The position numbers and the translations under genes were made by a program. A stretch of 64,000 nt of DNA from Cytophagales bacterium (GTDB lineage Bacteria > Bacteroidota > Bacteroidia > Cytophagales > Flammeovirgaceae). Positions 47,329 to 56,561 of this stretch are shown here, in pieces. The stretch lies in NCBI GenBank assembly GCA_025056215.1, contig JANWWC010000007.1:30492-94491 (forward strand), read 5' to 3'. The stretch's first letter is position 1. The number at the start of each line of letters is the position of its first letter. The notes under the pieces are model-generated. The model ran no database searches. It was not told where the DNA came from and was given only the letters and a program-made list of their open reading frames with translations.

Positions 47329-49419
47329 ATGATAATTAATTTAAAAGTTTTTCTTATCTGCTATGGAGGGTTGTCTTTGGGGGTTATAGCTCAACCTTAC
47401 TTAACACCGCTGGGAGGGAGAACTTTTAGTCTTGCTTTATCAAAGGTTAGTTCTGATTCTCTTAATCAGCAGATGGATAGCATCGCGCGCGCACAAGATT
47501 CTCTTATCAAGGTGGTAGAACCTCCTTTTTTTGATGATTTTACGCATGGCTCTTTTCTCAAACCTTTTCAATATTGGGCTCAGGATGGCGGTTTAATGAT
47601 ACCAGATACGAACCTTTGGCTTCGCAATAGCGGTGTATATCTGAATAATCATTTAGGGTTTGATGCGCCTTCTATTTTTGTAGCTTCTTTTGATGGAACA
47701 GACCTCTTTGGAAGACCTTATCAATTCTCTTCGGCATCTTCTAAAGGGAAAGCTGATAGCTTGGTATCGGTCAAAATAAACCTTTCGCGCATTGATAAAG
47801 ATACAGGAGCAGCACTTGTATTTTGGTTTCAGCCACAAGGCTATGCCCACGATGCGCCCGATGCTGGTACAGCTACTGAGTCGGGAGATAGTCTTTCTCT
47901 ATATGTTCGAACGACGCGGGGTTGGCAGTTACTTTGGCAAGCTAACGGCTCTAACTTACAACCCTTTACAAAGGTGTACATTCTCTTAAAGGACACAGTG
48001 TTTTTTCATACAAATTTTCAAATTAAGTTTCAGAATAAAGCGCGCCTTTCAGGAATTTATGACTTTTGGCATATCGATCGCGTGATGTTGTATGATAGGC
48101 GAGATTCGTTGCGAAGTCCAGTGCAATTTTTTCAGAATACACTGGATTTGTCGTTTAGCAAACGCATGTCTCCTGCGCTTAGAACGTTTCGAGCTGTTCC
48201 TATGGAGCATTTTAAGCACTTAGCTCGTTTTCAAACCAATGGGACTTTAGATTCTCACCCGTGGTTAACAGACTCTGTAAGCGCTTTTTTGAACAATAAT
48301 TCTGATAAAAATTACGCCGTCTCTGTTGGGCAAGCCTTTTCTGCTATTACGCTTCGTGCGCTTCATCATCAGAAAATAGAGTTAATCGATTTTCAAACTA
48401 AGCAAATTCTTAAAATGCAAGGGGTTAGAACTATTAGCAATAATGGAATAATAAGTCTTGAGAATCAACCTTTTACAGTTTCTCCTTTCGATACAATTCG
48501 ATTAGTTGCTTCTAATAAAGATTTGTGGAAGGGTATTTTTTTGACTGATTCGATGATTTTAGAACTTCGAATGTCGTTCGACTTTGATGAATCTGCAACT
48601 TTGTTTCGGCGCGACTCTGTATCGGCTTTTCGTGTAAATGACACTCTTAAACAGTTTCTATCTCTTACTGATTATTATGCTTATGACGATGGGACAGCAG
48701 AGTATGGGTTTGGTATTAATGCGCCAGCAGGCAAATTGGCGTATCAGTTTGTGATTCCGAAAGCAGATACACTTACAGCAATTGATGTGTACTTTCCGCA
48801 AATGGAATTTGATTTAGAAAGCGCTCGTAAGAGTTTTTTTGTCTGTGTGTGGAAAAACATCAATTTTCAAGATGCTCGTTTGGATAGTCGCATTGTGCGA
48901 CGTCCATTTACTGCCGTGAATTATTCTAAACATCTTAATGAATTTGTGCGAATTCCTCTTCGCGACACAATTGTTTTGGCAGATACTTTTTATATAGGTT
49001 TTGAGGAGCCCAGTTTTGGAAATTATAATCAGCTGTTAATAGGTTATGATATTCATACAAATGTTGGGAATCGAGCTTTTTATAACGTAACTGGAAAATG
49101 GTTGCCTGTAACATTTCCAGGGAGTTTGATGCTTCGCCCCGTATTTGGTAGAACAACTCTGAGAGTTCACACAGGAGTCGAAAATAATAGAGAATCGATA
49201 ACGGTTTATCCTAATCCCGCTTATCGTGTCCTTTATGTAGAGTCTTTCGAAAAAATATTACGCGTAGAAGTTTTGAATAGCTTAGGTGAAAAACTATCAG
49301 AATATAAGGAAGAAGGCATTAGCCAAATCAATCTCGATGCTTTTTCTTCAGGTTTATATATTATAAAACTTTATACAGCGACTCAGATCGTTGTCAAAAA
49401 AGTCTATAAAATAGAATAA
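47329..49419 (+). CDS. Secreted protein with T9SS (Por) C-terminal sorting domain
   Basis: N-terminal signal peptide. The last ~75 aa (ITVYPNPAYRVLYVES...EVLNSLGEKL...LDAFSSGLYIIKLYT...KKVYKIE) fit the T9SS CTD pattern. Confidence 0.8.
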   Translation: MIINLKVFLICYGGLSLGVIAQPYLTPLGGRTFSLALSKVSSDSLNQQMDSIARAQDSLIKVVEPPFFDDFTHGSFLKPFQYWAQDGGLMIPDTNLWLRNSGVYLNNHLGFDAPSIFVASFDGTDLFGRPYQFSSASSKGKADSLVSVKINLSRIDKDTGAALVFWFQPQGYAHDAPDAGTATESGDSLSLYVRTTRGWQLLWQANGSNLQPFTKVYILLKDTVFFHTNFQIKFQNKARLSGIYDFWHIDRVMLYDRRDSLRSPVQFFQNTLDLSFSKRMSPALRTFRAVPMEHFKHLARFQTNGTLDSHPWLTDSVSAFLNNNSDKNYAVSVGQAFSAITLRALHHQKIELIDFQTKQILKMQGVRTISNNGIISLENQPFTVSPFDTIRLVASNKDLWKGIFLTDSMILELRMSFDFDESATLFRRDSVSAFRVNDTLKQFLSLTDYYAYDDGTAEYGFGINAPAGKLAYQFVIPKADTLTAIDVYFPQMEFDLESARKSFFVCVWKNINFQDARLDSRIVRRPFTAVNYSKHLNEFVRIPLRDTIVLADTFYIGFEEPSFGNYNQLLIGYDIHTNVGNRAFYNVTGKWLPVTFPGSLMLRPVFGRTTLRVHTGVENNRESITVYPNPAYRVLYVESFEKILRVEVLNSLGEKLSEYKEEGISQINLDAFSSGLYIIKLYTATQIVVKKVYKIE

Positions 49420-49440
49420 AACTCTCTTTCGAGGGATAAG

Positions 49441-51045
49441 TTATTCTTCTTCGTCTTGTTCATTTTCATTTTCTTCGAGATGAATTTCTTTTTCAGTTCT
49501 GGTTTCGATAAAATCACCGTCTCCCGTTGCAAACTTATAATCAGTAAGTGCTAATGAAGAATCTTTGATAAGTTTGACCCATCTAAAATATTTAAAAAAC
49601 CATTTCCATTGCAAGGAGGGAAATCCTGCAGTAAAGTAAGCATATAAATAAGGATGCAGAAGTACGCGTATATTTTTTTCGTTCTGTTTAGAGAGTAAAT
49701 ATTCGATATTTTGTTCTATCATATCGGCAATAGCTAGAGTAGGACCTACTTTTCCTGTTCCGTTACAAGTAGGGCATGTCTCTTGGGTAACAATATTGAC
49801 CTCAGGGCGAACGCGCTGGCGTGTAATTTGCATTAAGCCAAATTTAGACAATGGTAAAATGGTATGTTTAGCTCTATCTGTTTTCATGATGAGCTTGATA
49901 TGGTCGTAAACTGCTTTTCTATGTTCTGGTTTTCGCATATCAATAAAATCAATCACAATAATGCCACCCATGTCGCGGAGGCGCAACTGACGTGCGATTT
50001 CTTCAGCAGCAGCAAGATTTACTTTTAGAGCGGTACTTTCTTGGTCTTCTTCGGCGTTTGATTTGTTACCACTGTTTACGTCAATTACATGTAAGGCTTC
50101 CGTGTGCTCAATAATGATATAACCTCCATTAGGAAGACTTACTGTTTTCCCGAACAGTGTTTTAAGCTGTTTTTCAATACCATAAGCTTCAAAAATTTTT
50201 GCTTTGCCAGTATAAAGTTTTACGATTTTTTCTTTTTCAGGTGCAATGGTCTGAATGTAAGTTTTGATATCTTCAAATACATCTTTGTCGTCTACTACAA
50301 TACTGTCGAACGATTCGTTGAGTAGGTCGCGCAAAATAGAATTAGTGCGATTCATTTCGCCGATAATCTTTTGGCGAGGTTTAGCGATCCGAAGCAGTTC
50401 TGTTCCTTGACGCCATTTTTCGAGTAGGTCTCGCATATCGCGGTCGATTTCTTCTACACTAATTCCTTCTGCTACCGTCCGGATAATTACTCCAAAATTT
50501 TCAGGCTTGATGCTACTCACAATTTTTAGCAATCGCTTTCGTTCTGCGTGGTCTGTAATTTTTTTAGAGATATTGACTGCATTTGCAAAAGGTACTAATA
50601 CTACATATCTTCCTGCTAGCGATAGCTCACACGAAAGACGCGGACCTTTTGTAGAAATGGGTTCTTTGACTATTTGTACTAATATTTTTTGATTGACCTT
50701 AAAGACTTCTGTGATTTTTCCTAACTTATTAATTTCTGGCTCCATTACGAAGTTATTCATTTTAGGAGCATGTTCTTTGCCATTAGTAAGGTTGATGTAT
50801 TTAATGAGCGATAGTACGTTAGGTCCCAAATCCAGATAGTGCAAAAAGGCGTCTTTCTCGTAGCCAATATCGATAAAAGCCGCATTAAGGCCAGGAACTA
50901 GTTTTTTTACAGTTCCTAAATAGATATCGCCTACTGTAAACTTGGTGTCGTTGTTATCGTGATGTATTTCGAGGAGACTTTTGTCTCGCAAAAGCGCTAT
51001 ACGACTACCGCTTTGAGTTGAATTGATAATTAATTCATTACTCAA
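49441..51045 (-). CDS. rng: Ribonuclease E/G family (RNase G-like)
   Basis: S1 domain GDIYLGTVKKLVPGLNAAFIDIG. Catalytic-domain blocks HVIDVNSG, GGIIVIDFIDM, LSKFGLMQITRQR. Zn-link CPTCNGTG. Confidence 0.9.
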   Translation of the reverse strand: MSNELIINSTQSGSRIALLRDKSLLEIHHDNNDTKFTVGDIYLGTVKKLVPGLNAAFIDIGYEKDAFLHYLDLGPNVLSLIKYINLTNGKEHAPKMNNFVMEPEINKLGKITEVFKVNQKILVQIVKEPISTKGPRLSCELSLAGRYVVLVPFANAVNISKKITDHAERKRLLKIVSSIKPENFGVIIRTVAEGISVEEIDRDMRDLLEKWRQGTELLRIAKPRQKIIGEMNRTNSILRDLLNESFDSIVVDDKDVFEDIKTYIQTIAPEKEKIVKLYTGKAKIFEAYGIEKQLKTLFGKTVSLPNGGYIIIEHTEALHVIDVNSGNKSNAEEDQESTALKVNLAAAEEIARQLRLRDMGGIIVIDFIDMRKPEHRKAVYDHIKLIMKTDRAKHTILPLSKFGLMQITRQRVRPEVNIVTQETCPTCNGTGKVGPTLAIADMIEQNIEYLLSKQNEKNIRVLLHPYLYAYFTAGFPSLQWKWFFKYFRWVKLIKDSSLALTDYKFATGDGDFIETRTEKEIHLEENENEQDEEE

Positions 51046-51093
51046 TGTAGTAAAATGTTTAAGTTTTTAATACACATACCTTTAAAAAAATAC

Positions 51094-51129
51094 AAAAAAG
51101 CCTCTTCAGAAGTGAAGTTCTGTCAAGGC
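51094..51129 (-). terminator. Weak hairpin plus T-run after the small basic ORF
   Basis: On the minus strand: gcct tgacagaa cttca cttc tgaag aggc tttttt. That is a 5-bp inner stem plus a 4-bp outer stem across a bulge, then T6. Confidence 0.3.
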
Positions 51130-51139
51130 ATACAAGACA

Positions 51140-51229
51140 TCATTTCTTTTTGTGTCTATTTTTTCTAAGACGCTTTTTACGTTTGTGTGTCGCCATTTTA
51201 TGGCGTTTCCTTTTTTTTCCGCAAGGCAT
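51140..51229 (-). CDS. 29-aa Lys/Arg-rich peptide (MPCGKKRKRHKMATHKRKKRLRKNRHKKK), not in the supplied ORF track
   Basis: I translated this by hand from the minus strand (ATG at 51229, TGA at 51142-51140). It matches my recollection of a ~30-aa peptide family conserved in Bacteroidota and labelled AURKAIP1/COX24 (mS38-like) domain protein. Confidence 0.65.
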   Translation of the reverse strand: MPCGKKRKRHKMATHKRKKRLRKNRHKKK

Positions 51230-51264
51230 ATTTCAGAAAGTTTAAAGTGAAACCATCAATACAT

Positions 51265-52065
51265 TTATTTCGAAGTAGTAAGAATTGGTTGCAAATAAGC
51301 ATCGATAGTGGCTAGTGCTTGCGGGTCTTGGGTAAGAGTTTGAGCAATTTCTAATTCTTGCTTAGCTTGCTGGTATTTCTTTAGCTTATACCAACAAACT
51401 CCCAAGTAAATCCTCGTTTGCACGTCTGTACTATCTATTGTTTTTAGAGTTTCAAATCGTTCGATAGCTTTCTCATACTGACCCGACTGCATTGATAAAA
51501 TTCCTAAATTGAGCAGAGCTAGCCGATGGCGAGGATGCTGTGCCAGTACGTCGCGTATCATTTGAATTCCTTGCATAGGCGTTGCGCTATTGACATACGT
51601 CATTCCGATCTTTACTTGCATATCAGGGTTATTTTCGCCGAGTTGTTGAGCCTTTTGGAACATTTCGCGAACCTTTTCACTCAAATGCATTTCTTTTTGG
51701 CTGTTTAGTGCATAAGTGTAAGCTTCATAATACAAGTCTCCTGCTTGCTTAAAAAGCTCCTTACTCGGAAACCGCTTCGCTACGTACTCAGCATAAAATC
51801 CCGCACTATCGTACATTTGAAACCGTTGAAAGATAGCAATCAGACTATCTAAACTCGCTTTGTAGGCAGAAGTTGAAAGGTAATGCTTAAGGGAGTCGAT
51901 TCTATTTTTTTGTTCAGAAGACATTTTTACATGCTCTGTTGTGACAGAATCGATTTGGGAGCGCATCGCAACAGCATCATTTTCAACCACTACTCTCGGG
52001 AAATTCCATAAAACAATGCTTGCTCCTAAAGCAACTCCTAACACTACCCACTGCTGCCTACGCAT
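51265..52065 (-). CDS. TPR repeat protein with N-terminal membrane anchor or signal peptide
   Basis: Hydrophobic N-terminus WVVLGVALGASIVLW. Several 34-aa TPR-like units (ALLNLGILSMQSGQYEKAIERFE..., RIYLGVCWYKLKKYQQAKQELE...). Confidence 0.75.
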   Translation of the reverse strand: MRRQQWVVLGVALGASIVLWNFPRVVVENDAVAMRSQIDSVTTEHVKMSSEQKNRIDSLKHYLSTSAYKASLDSLIAIFQRFQMYDSAGFYAEYVAKRFPSKELFKQAGDLYYEAYTYALNSQKEMHLSEKVREMFQKAQQLGENNPDMQVKIGMTYVNSATPMQGIQMIRDVLAQHPRHRLALLNLGILSMQSGQYEKAIERFETLKTIDSTDVQTRIYLGVCWYKLKKYQQAKQELEIAQTLTQDPQALATIDAYLQPILTTSK

Positions 52066-52068
52066 ATT

Positions 52069-52380
52069 TTATTGATTTTGAGTAAGCATACTATTCAACA
52101 CTTCGCTGTTTTTGATACGTTCCTCAAATTCTTTTGCAGGTTTGAAATTAGGCACAAAGTGAGCTGGAATAACAATCGAAACTTTTTTTGAGATATTCCG
52201 CCCGATTTTTTGCGCTCGTTTTTTGTTAATAAAACTTCCAAATCCACGAACGTAAATATTTTCTCCTTCTGCCATTTTATCTTTGACCACCTGGAAGAAG
52301 GTTTCAATTATAATTCCTACTTTTTGCTTATCAATCTCGGTGCGATTAGCAATTTCTGCAATTACTTCAGCCTTTGTCAC
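52069..52380 (-). CDS. HU/IHF family DNA-binding protein
   Basis: MTKAEVIAEIA...IYVRGFGSF...R.GRN..T......IPA...P.FKP pattern. GTG start at 52380. 103 aa. Confidence 0.88.
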   Translation of the reverse strand: MTKAEVIAEIANRTEIDKQKVGIIIETFFQVVKDKMAEGENIYVRGFGSFINKKRAQKIGRNISKKVSIVIPAHFVPNFKPAKEFEERIKNSEVLNSMLTQNQ

Positions 52381-52427
52381 GATAGTATCAGTTTTAAAGC
52401 CCTTTCACTAATTTGTAAAAAAATTAC

Positions 52428-52459
52428 CAAAATTATTTTAAATTCCTTTTCATTTACAA
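52428..52459 (-). promoter_or_regulatory. Candidate Bacteroidota sigma-A promoter for the HU gene (-33 TTG, -7 TAATTTTG)
   Basis: The minus strand reads cTTGtaaatgaaaaggaatttaaaaTAATTTTG. The TAnnTTTG box is at 52428-52435 and TTG at 52457-52459, with a 21-nt spacer. It lies about 50 nt upstream of the GTG. Confidence 0.3.
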
Positions 52460-52573
52460 GAACCTTAAAGAAATATGTGGTTTTTTGTAAATATTTGTTT
52501 TTCAATGAAATAGCTTGCAATAATAGAATCTTTGTTTTAATTTGTCAACAAAGTTGTAAAAAAAAATCCATTG

Positions 52574-53803
52574 TTAAACAAGCTGAGCAATATGTAGAGA
52601 TGCTACATAAGCTGTAGTCCAAGCAGCTTGAAAATTGAAGCCTCCTGTAATGCCATCGATATCTAATACTTCTCCTGCAAAGTATAAATTTTTGTGTAGT
52701 TTACTTTGCATACTAAAAGGGTCTACTTCTTGAAGCATAACTCCTCCACAGGTTACAAATTCTTCTTTAAAAGTCGTTTTACCTTTCACTTGATAAACAT
52801 CGTTGGTTAGGCAGTGAACAAGACGGTTGATATCTTTTATAGAGATTTCTCCCCATAGTTTGTTAGGTGAAATTTGGGATTTGTATAGCAAAAATTCCCA
52901 AAGCCGCATAGGTAAAAAAAGCGGATTCCGGTTTAAAATGGTTTTTTGTTTACCTTTTTGTTTCCAAAGTTCTATTTCTTGTCTTAAAAGATGTTCTTTT
53001 TGAGAAATCCATCGCAAAGCAATTTGAAATTCGTACTTTATATCAGCTAACTGACGAGCAGCCCAAGCAGAGAGTTTCAAGACGGCAGGTCCGCTAAATC
53101 CCCAATGAGTAATCAAAAAAGGACCTGATTCTTCCCATTTTGTATTTTGAATTCTTACCGTAACTTCTGGCAAAGAAATCCCTCTTAAATTGGTAATTGG
53201 GTTATTAGGAATATTAAACGTAAAAAGAGAAGGAACAGGTGGTACAATAGTATGGCCTATTTCTTTTAAAAAATCGTAAGCATGGGTCTTAGAATGTCCT
53301 CCAATCGTAACAATTACAACATGAGCTGTGAGTTTTTTTTGATGATTAAAAGTGAGCTCGAATCCACTTCCGTCATCTAAGGCTTTGAGTGCGGTGAGTT
53401 CATGATTTTTTTGAATATTCACGCAGTATTTTTGGGCTTCCTTTAGAAAGCAGTCAATAATAGTTTGAGAATCATCAGAAATTGGAAATATTCTTCCATC
53501 CTTTTCAGTTTTTAAAATGACGTTTCTTGTTTGAAACCATTGAATGGTATCTGGTACCGAAAATTGTTGGAAAGGAGTTCGCAGCCATTTTGCGCCTCGC
53601 GGATAGTGTTGTATTAATTCATCTATTTCAAAACAGTGATGTGTTACATTGCAGCGTCCTCCACCTGAGATTTTGACTTTTGAGAGCAACTTAGAACTTT
53701 TTTCATAGATGGTTACCACTGCCTGAGGTCGCATTCTTGCAATATTAATAGCGCCAAAGAAACCCGCTGCTCCTCCTCCAATGACTGCTACTTGTAGCGC
53801 CAT
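52574..53803 (-). CDS. HI0933/BaiN-like NAD(P)/FAD-dependent oxidoreductase
   Basis: VAVIGGGAAGFFGAI, KISGGGRCNVTH and C-terminal FAGEVLDIDGITGGFNFQ.AW blocks are typical of the family. Confidence 0.85.
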   Translation of the reverse strand: MALQVAVIGGGAAGFFGAINIARMRPQAVVTIYEKSSKLLSKVKISGGGRCNVTHHCFEIDELIQHYPRGAKWLRTPFQQFSVPDTIQWFQTRNVILKTEKDGRIFPISDDSQTIIDCFLKEAQKYCVNIQKNHELTALKALDDGSGFELTFNHQKKLTAHVVIVTIGGHSKTHAYDFLKEIGHTIVPPVPSLFTFNIPNNPITNLRGISLPEVTVRIQNTKWEESGPFLITHWGFSGPAVLKLSAWAARQLADIKYEFQIALRWISQKEHLLRQEIELWKQKGKQKTILNRNPLFLPMRLWEFLLYKSQISPNKLWGEISIKDINRLVHCLTNDVYQVKGKTTFKEEFVTCGGVMLQEVDPFSMQSKLHKNLYFAGEVLDIDGITGGFNFQAAWTTAYVASLHIAQLV

Positions 53804-53809
53804 GTTTCC

Positions 53810-54679
53810 CTAAAACTTTAAGCGAGAAACATTAAAAGTAAGAACTGGCTTGGGAAATGTGTTAACCATATTGCCAGCTAGATTGCCTTGTAGCTGAAAA
53901 AAGCGATAAATCCAATTATGGTTTTCGATTACAATTGCAATCATATCGGCGTTATGAGTTTCAGCAAATTCTAAAATGCCTCTTTTTACGCTTGAAGACT
54001 TATGAATGCGGAACTCTGCATTAGTGTATCCATAGATTTCTAAAAGCCGATTTCCTTTTCTTAGGATTTCTTTTTCCGATGTAATATCGAAAGGTGTTTT
54101 GATGTGAAGCATCGTAATTTTAAATCCGTAGAATTTTTGTAAGCCTTTGATTTTTCCAGACGTTTTAACTTCTTCGTCTTTTAGGTCTACGGCAAAAACA
54201 ACATGTTTCAAATCGAAATTTTCGATGCGTTGATTGACTGCTAATACGGGACATCGCGCCAAACGAATAAGTTTTTCTCGGTTTGTTTCTTCTAACATTT
54301 CGTCGAGTCGGTGAATAGTGCGCCCACCCACTACGAGCATATCTACGTCGTGTTGGACAATAAGCTCTGGAATATCTAAAGCGATGTCTCCAATTTGATA
54401 GATAGGTTTTACTTTGATATTCCGAGCTAATGGAGTTTCTTGGATAAATCGATTGAGATTTTCAGCTGTATGGCGCAAAACTCTATTAAAAAACATTTCT
54501 CCTTCTTTTCGAAGGCTCACATATTCATTGAACTCGTTTTTAGTGGCTTGTAAAGGGATTTCTATGATGTGCAACAGCAAAACTTCGCTTTGTGTTTTGG
54601 AGGCTATAGAACACGCTACTTCAAAAGCATACTTCGATTTTTCTGAAAAATCGGTAGGTACTAAAATTTTTTCGAACAT
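53810..54679 (-). CDS. Universal stress protein (tandem Usp domains)
   Basis: Two Usp-like halves: KILVPTDFSEKS...LLHI... and HVVFAVDLKDEE...MLHI.... 289 aa. Confidence 0.75.
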   Translation of the reverse strand: MFEKILVPTDFSEKSKYAFEVACSIASKTQSEVLLLHIIEIPLQATKNEFNEYVSLRKEGEMFFNRVLRHTAENLNRFIQETPLARNIKVKPIYQIGDIALDIPELIVQHDVDMLVVGGRTIHRLDEMLEETNREKLIRLARCPVLAVNQRIENFDLKHVVFAVDLKDEEVKTSGKIKGLQKFYGFKITMLHIKTPFDITSEKEILRKGNRLLEIYGYTNAEFRIHKSSSVKRGILEFAETHNADMIAIVIENHNWIYRFFQLQGNLAGNMVNTFPKPVLTFNVSRLKF

Positions 54680-54680
54680 G

Positions 54681-55661
54681 TTAACCTCGCATTACTAAAT
54701 AATACGTGTAGGAAAAATATGCGATTAAAAAAACAACTCCTCCCAAACGATTCACAAGCATTTTTTTATTAAAGAGCACCACTACCAAAAGAAGCAAAGA
54801 ACTTAAAATAATAACGAACGCATCAAAATTATTGCCAATATTAAAAGGAAGTGGATTGATAACGGCGCTTACTCCTAAAATCCAGAATACATTAAAAATA
54901 TTTGAACCTACCACATTGCCTACTGCAATATCGCTATTTTTTCGATAGGCAGCTACAGCTGATGTCACCAATTCGGGTAAGGAGGTGCCTACTGCAACAA
55001 CCGTAAGTCCAATTAATGATTCACTCATACCTAACATTTGGGCAATTTTGACAGCGCCGTCGACAACCCAATTTCCTCCTAAAAAAAGTCCGAAAATTCC
55101 AATAATGACAAAAAAGACAGCTTTCCCAATTGGCATGGTTTGAATTTTTTCTTCTTCAGTAAGTTTCTTTCCTTGTTTGGTAAGCCAAAAAATATAAGTC
55201 ATAAATAAAACAAAGAATACGAGTAGTATTATTCCATCGATGCGGCTTAATTCTGGATTTTCTCTTTCAAAAAAGAAAAAACGTGAATTTGCTAAGAAGC
55301 CTACTAATGTAATGGCTACAATAGAGTAGGGAATTTCTGCAACGAGCGTATTTCGTTGCACCGTAAGAGGGTAAATAGCCGCTGATACTCCTAAAATTAA
55401 TAAAATATTGGCGATGTTGCTACCAAATACGTTCCCAATAGCGATATCTGTATTTCCGCGAAAACTCGCTAAAACATTCACAACTAATTCAGGCGCCGAA
55501 GTTCCGAAGGATACAATCGTGAGCCCTACCACGATGTCTGATATTCCATACTTCTTGGCTATAGAAGAAGCGCCGCTTACCAAAAAGTTCGCTCCCTTAA
55601 TCAGGAAAATAAAACCAAGAGCAAACAAAATGTAAACTAATATGGTGGAAAAAAGTTCCAT
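54681..55661 (-). CDS. Ca2+/Na+ antiporter (CaCA family, YrbG-like)
   Basis: Two internal alpha-repeats: GTSAPELVVN...GNVFGSNIANILLILG and GTSLPELVTS...GNVVGSNIFNVFWILG. Confidence 0.88.
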   Translation of the reverse strand: MELFSTILVYILFALGFIFLIKGANFLVSGASSIAKKYGISDIVVGLTIVSFGTSAPELVVNVLASFRGNTDIAIGNVFGSNIANILLILGVSAAIYPLTVQRNTLVAEIPYSIVAITLVGFLANSRFFFFERENPELSRIDGIILLVFFVLFMTYIFWLTKQGKKLTEEEKIQTMPIGKAVFFVIIGIFGLFLGGNWVVDGAVKIAQMLGMSESLIGLTVVAVGTSLPELVTSAVAAYRKNSDIAVGNVVGSNIFNVFWILGVSAVINPLPFNIGNNFDAFVIILSSLLLLVVVLFNKKMLVNRLGGVVFLIAYFSYTYYLVMRG

Positions 55662-55872
55662 GTAAGTTTGAATTTGTTAATTTTTACTCTCGTGGTGCAA
55701 ATTGTGTAATAAAATTGTAAAGCACAAAGACCTTTTTGAAATATTCGCTACATATAATTGGGAAAAAATTTCTTTTCTTAACAAACACGACAAAATTTTC
55801 CAATGGTAAAACATTTGTTTTATTTTCATCACACTTTTGTTTAACGCTGCAATTTATATAAATCAGATTTGT

Positions 55873-55889
55873 ATGACAAAATTTGTCAT
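55873..55889. promoter_or_regulatory. Perfect 8-1-8 palindrome (atgacaaa a tttgtcat), candidate operator upstream of the PAP2 gene
   Basis: Read directly from the sequence. It lies 34-50 nt upstream of the ATG at 55923. Confidence 0.3.
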
Positions 55890-55922
55890 TTCAATTTGAA
55901 CAATATAAGATAGGCTTTTAAT

Positions 55923-56561
55923 ATGCAAGGACTCGAGAAAAAAAACGCATTCATTTGGCTTTACCTTTGTTTTATGTGCATGGGCGGTGTTTATCTCGCT
56001 TGGTTTGAGAAAGGGCACATGGTGTGGATGCTTAATGACTGGCATACACCCTTTACAGATAGTTTTTTCTTATTTGTGACGTATTTAGGCGATGGAGGCG
56101 TAATTTGTGCTTTATCGCTTTTATTGGTATTTGTACAGTATCGTATTGCAATAGCTTGTGCAAATTCTTACTTACTTTCGGGAATTCCTGTCAGAATTTT
56201 CAAAGACTGGTTAATGGCAGGGTGGCCGCGTCCTAAACTTTTTTATAATATGGATGAAAGACTTTTGGGAGTAGAAGGAGTAGAAATTCATTTATATAAT
56301 AGCTTTCCTTCGGGACATACTGCTACAGCCTTTGCGTTTTTTTTGGTGTTATCGCTTTATTCTCACAAAGTGAATTTGCAAATTACTTGCTTTTTTTTGG
56401 CTTTATGCGTAGGAATTTCTCGGGTGTTTTTAGCTCAACATTTTTTTGAAGATGTGTATGCAGGCAGTATTTGCGGAGTAGTAGGCGGTTATTTGAGTTA
56501 TTTCGTAATTCAGAAATATGGAAAGCCTTCATGGGATAAGAGGCTTACTTTGAAATTTTAG
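55923..56561 (+). CDS. PAP2-family lipid phosphatase
   Basis: Tripartite PAP2 motif: KDWLMAGWPRP (KxxxxxxRP), FPSGH, SRVFLAQHFFEDV (SRxxxxxHxxxD). Multiple transmembrane helices. Confidence 0.85.
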   Translation: MQGLEKKNAFIWLYLCFMCMGGVYLAWFEKGHMVWMLNDWHTPFTDSFFLFVTYLGDGGVICALSLLLVFVQYRIAIACANSYLLSGIPVRIFKDWLMAGWPRPKLFYNMDERLLGVEGVEIHLYNSFPSGHTATAFAFFLVLSLYSHKVNLQITCFFLALCVGISRVFLAQHFFEDVYAGSICGVVGGYLSYFVIQKYGKPSWDKRLTLKF

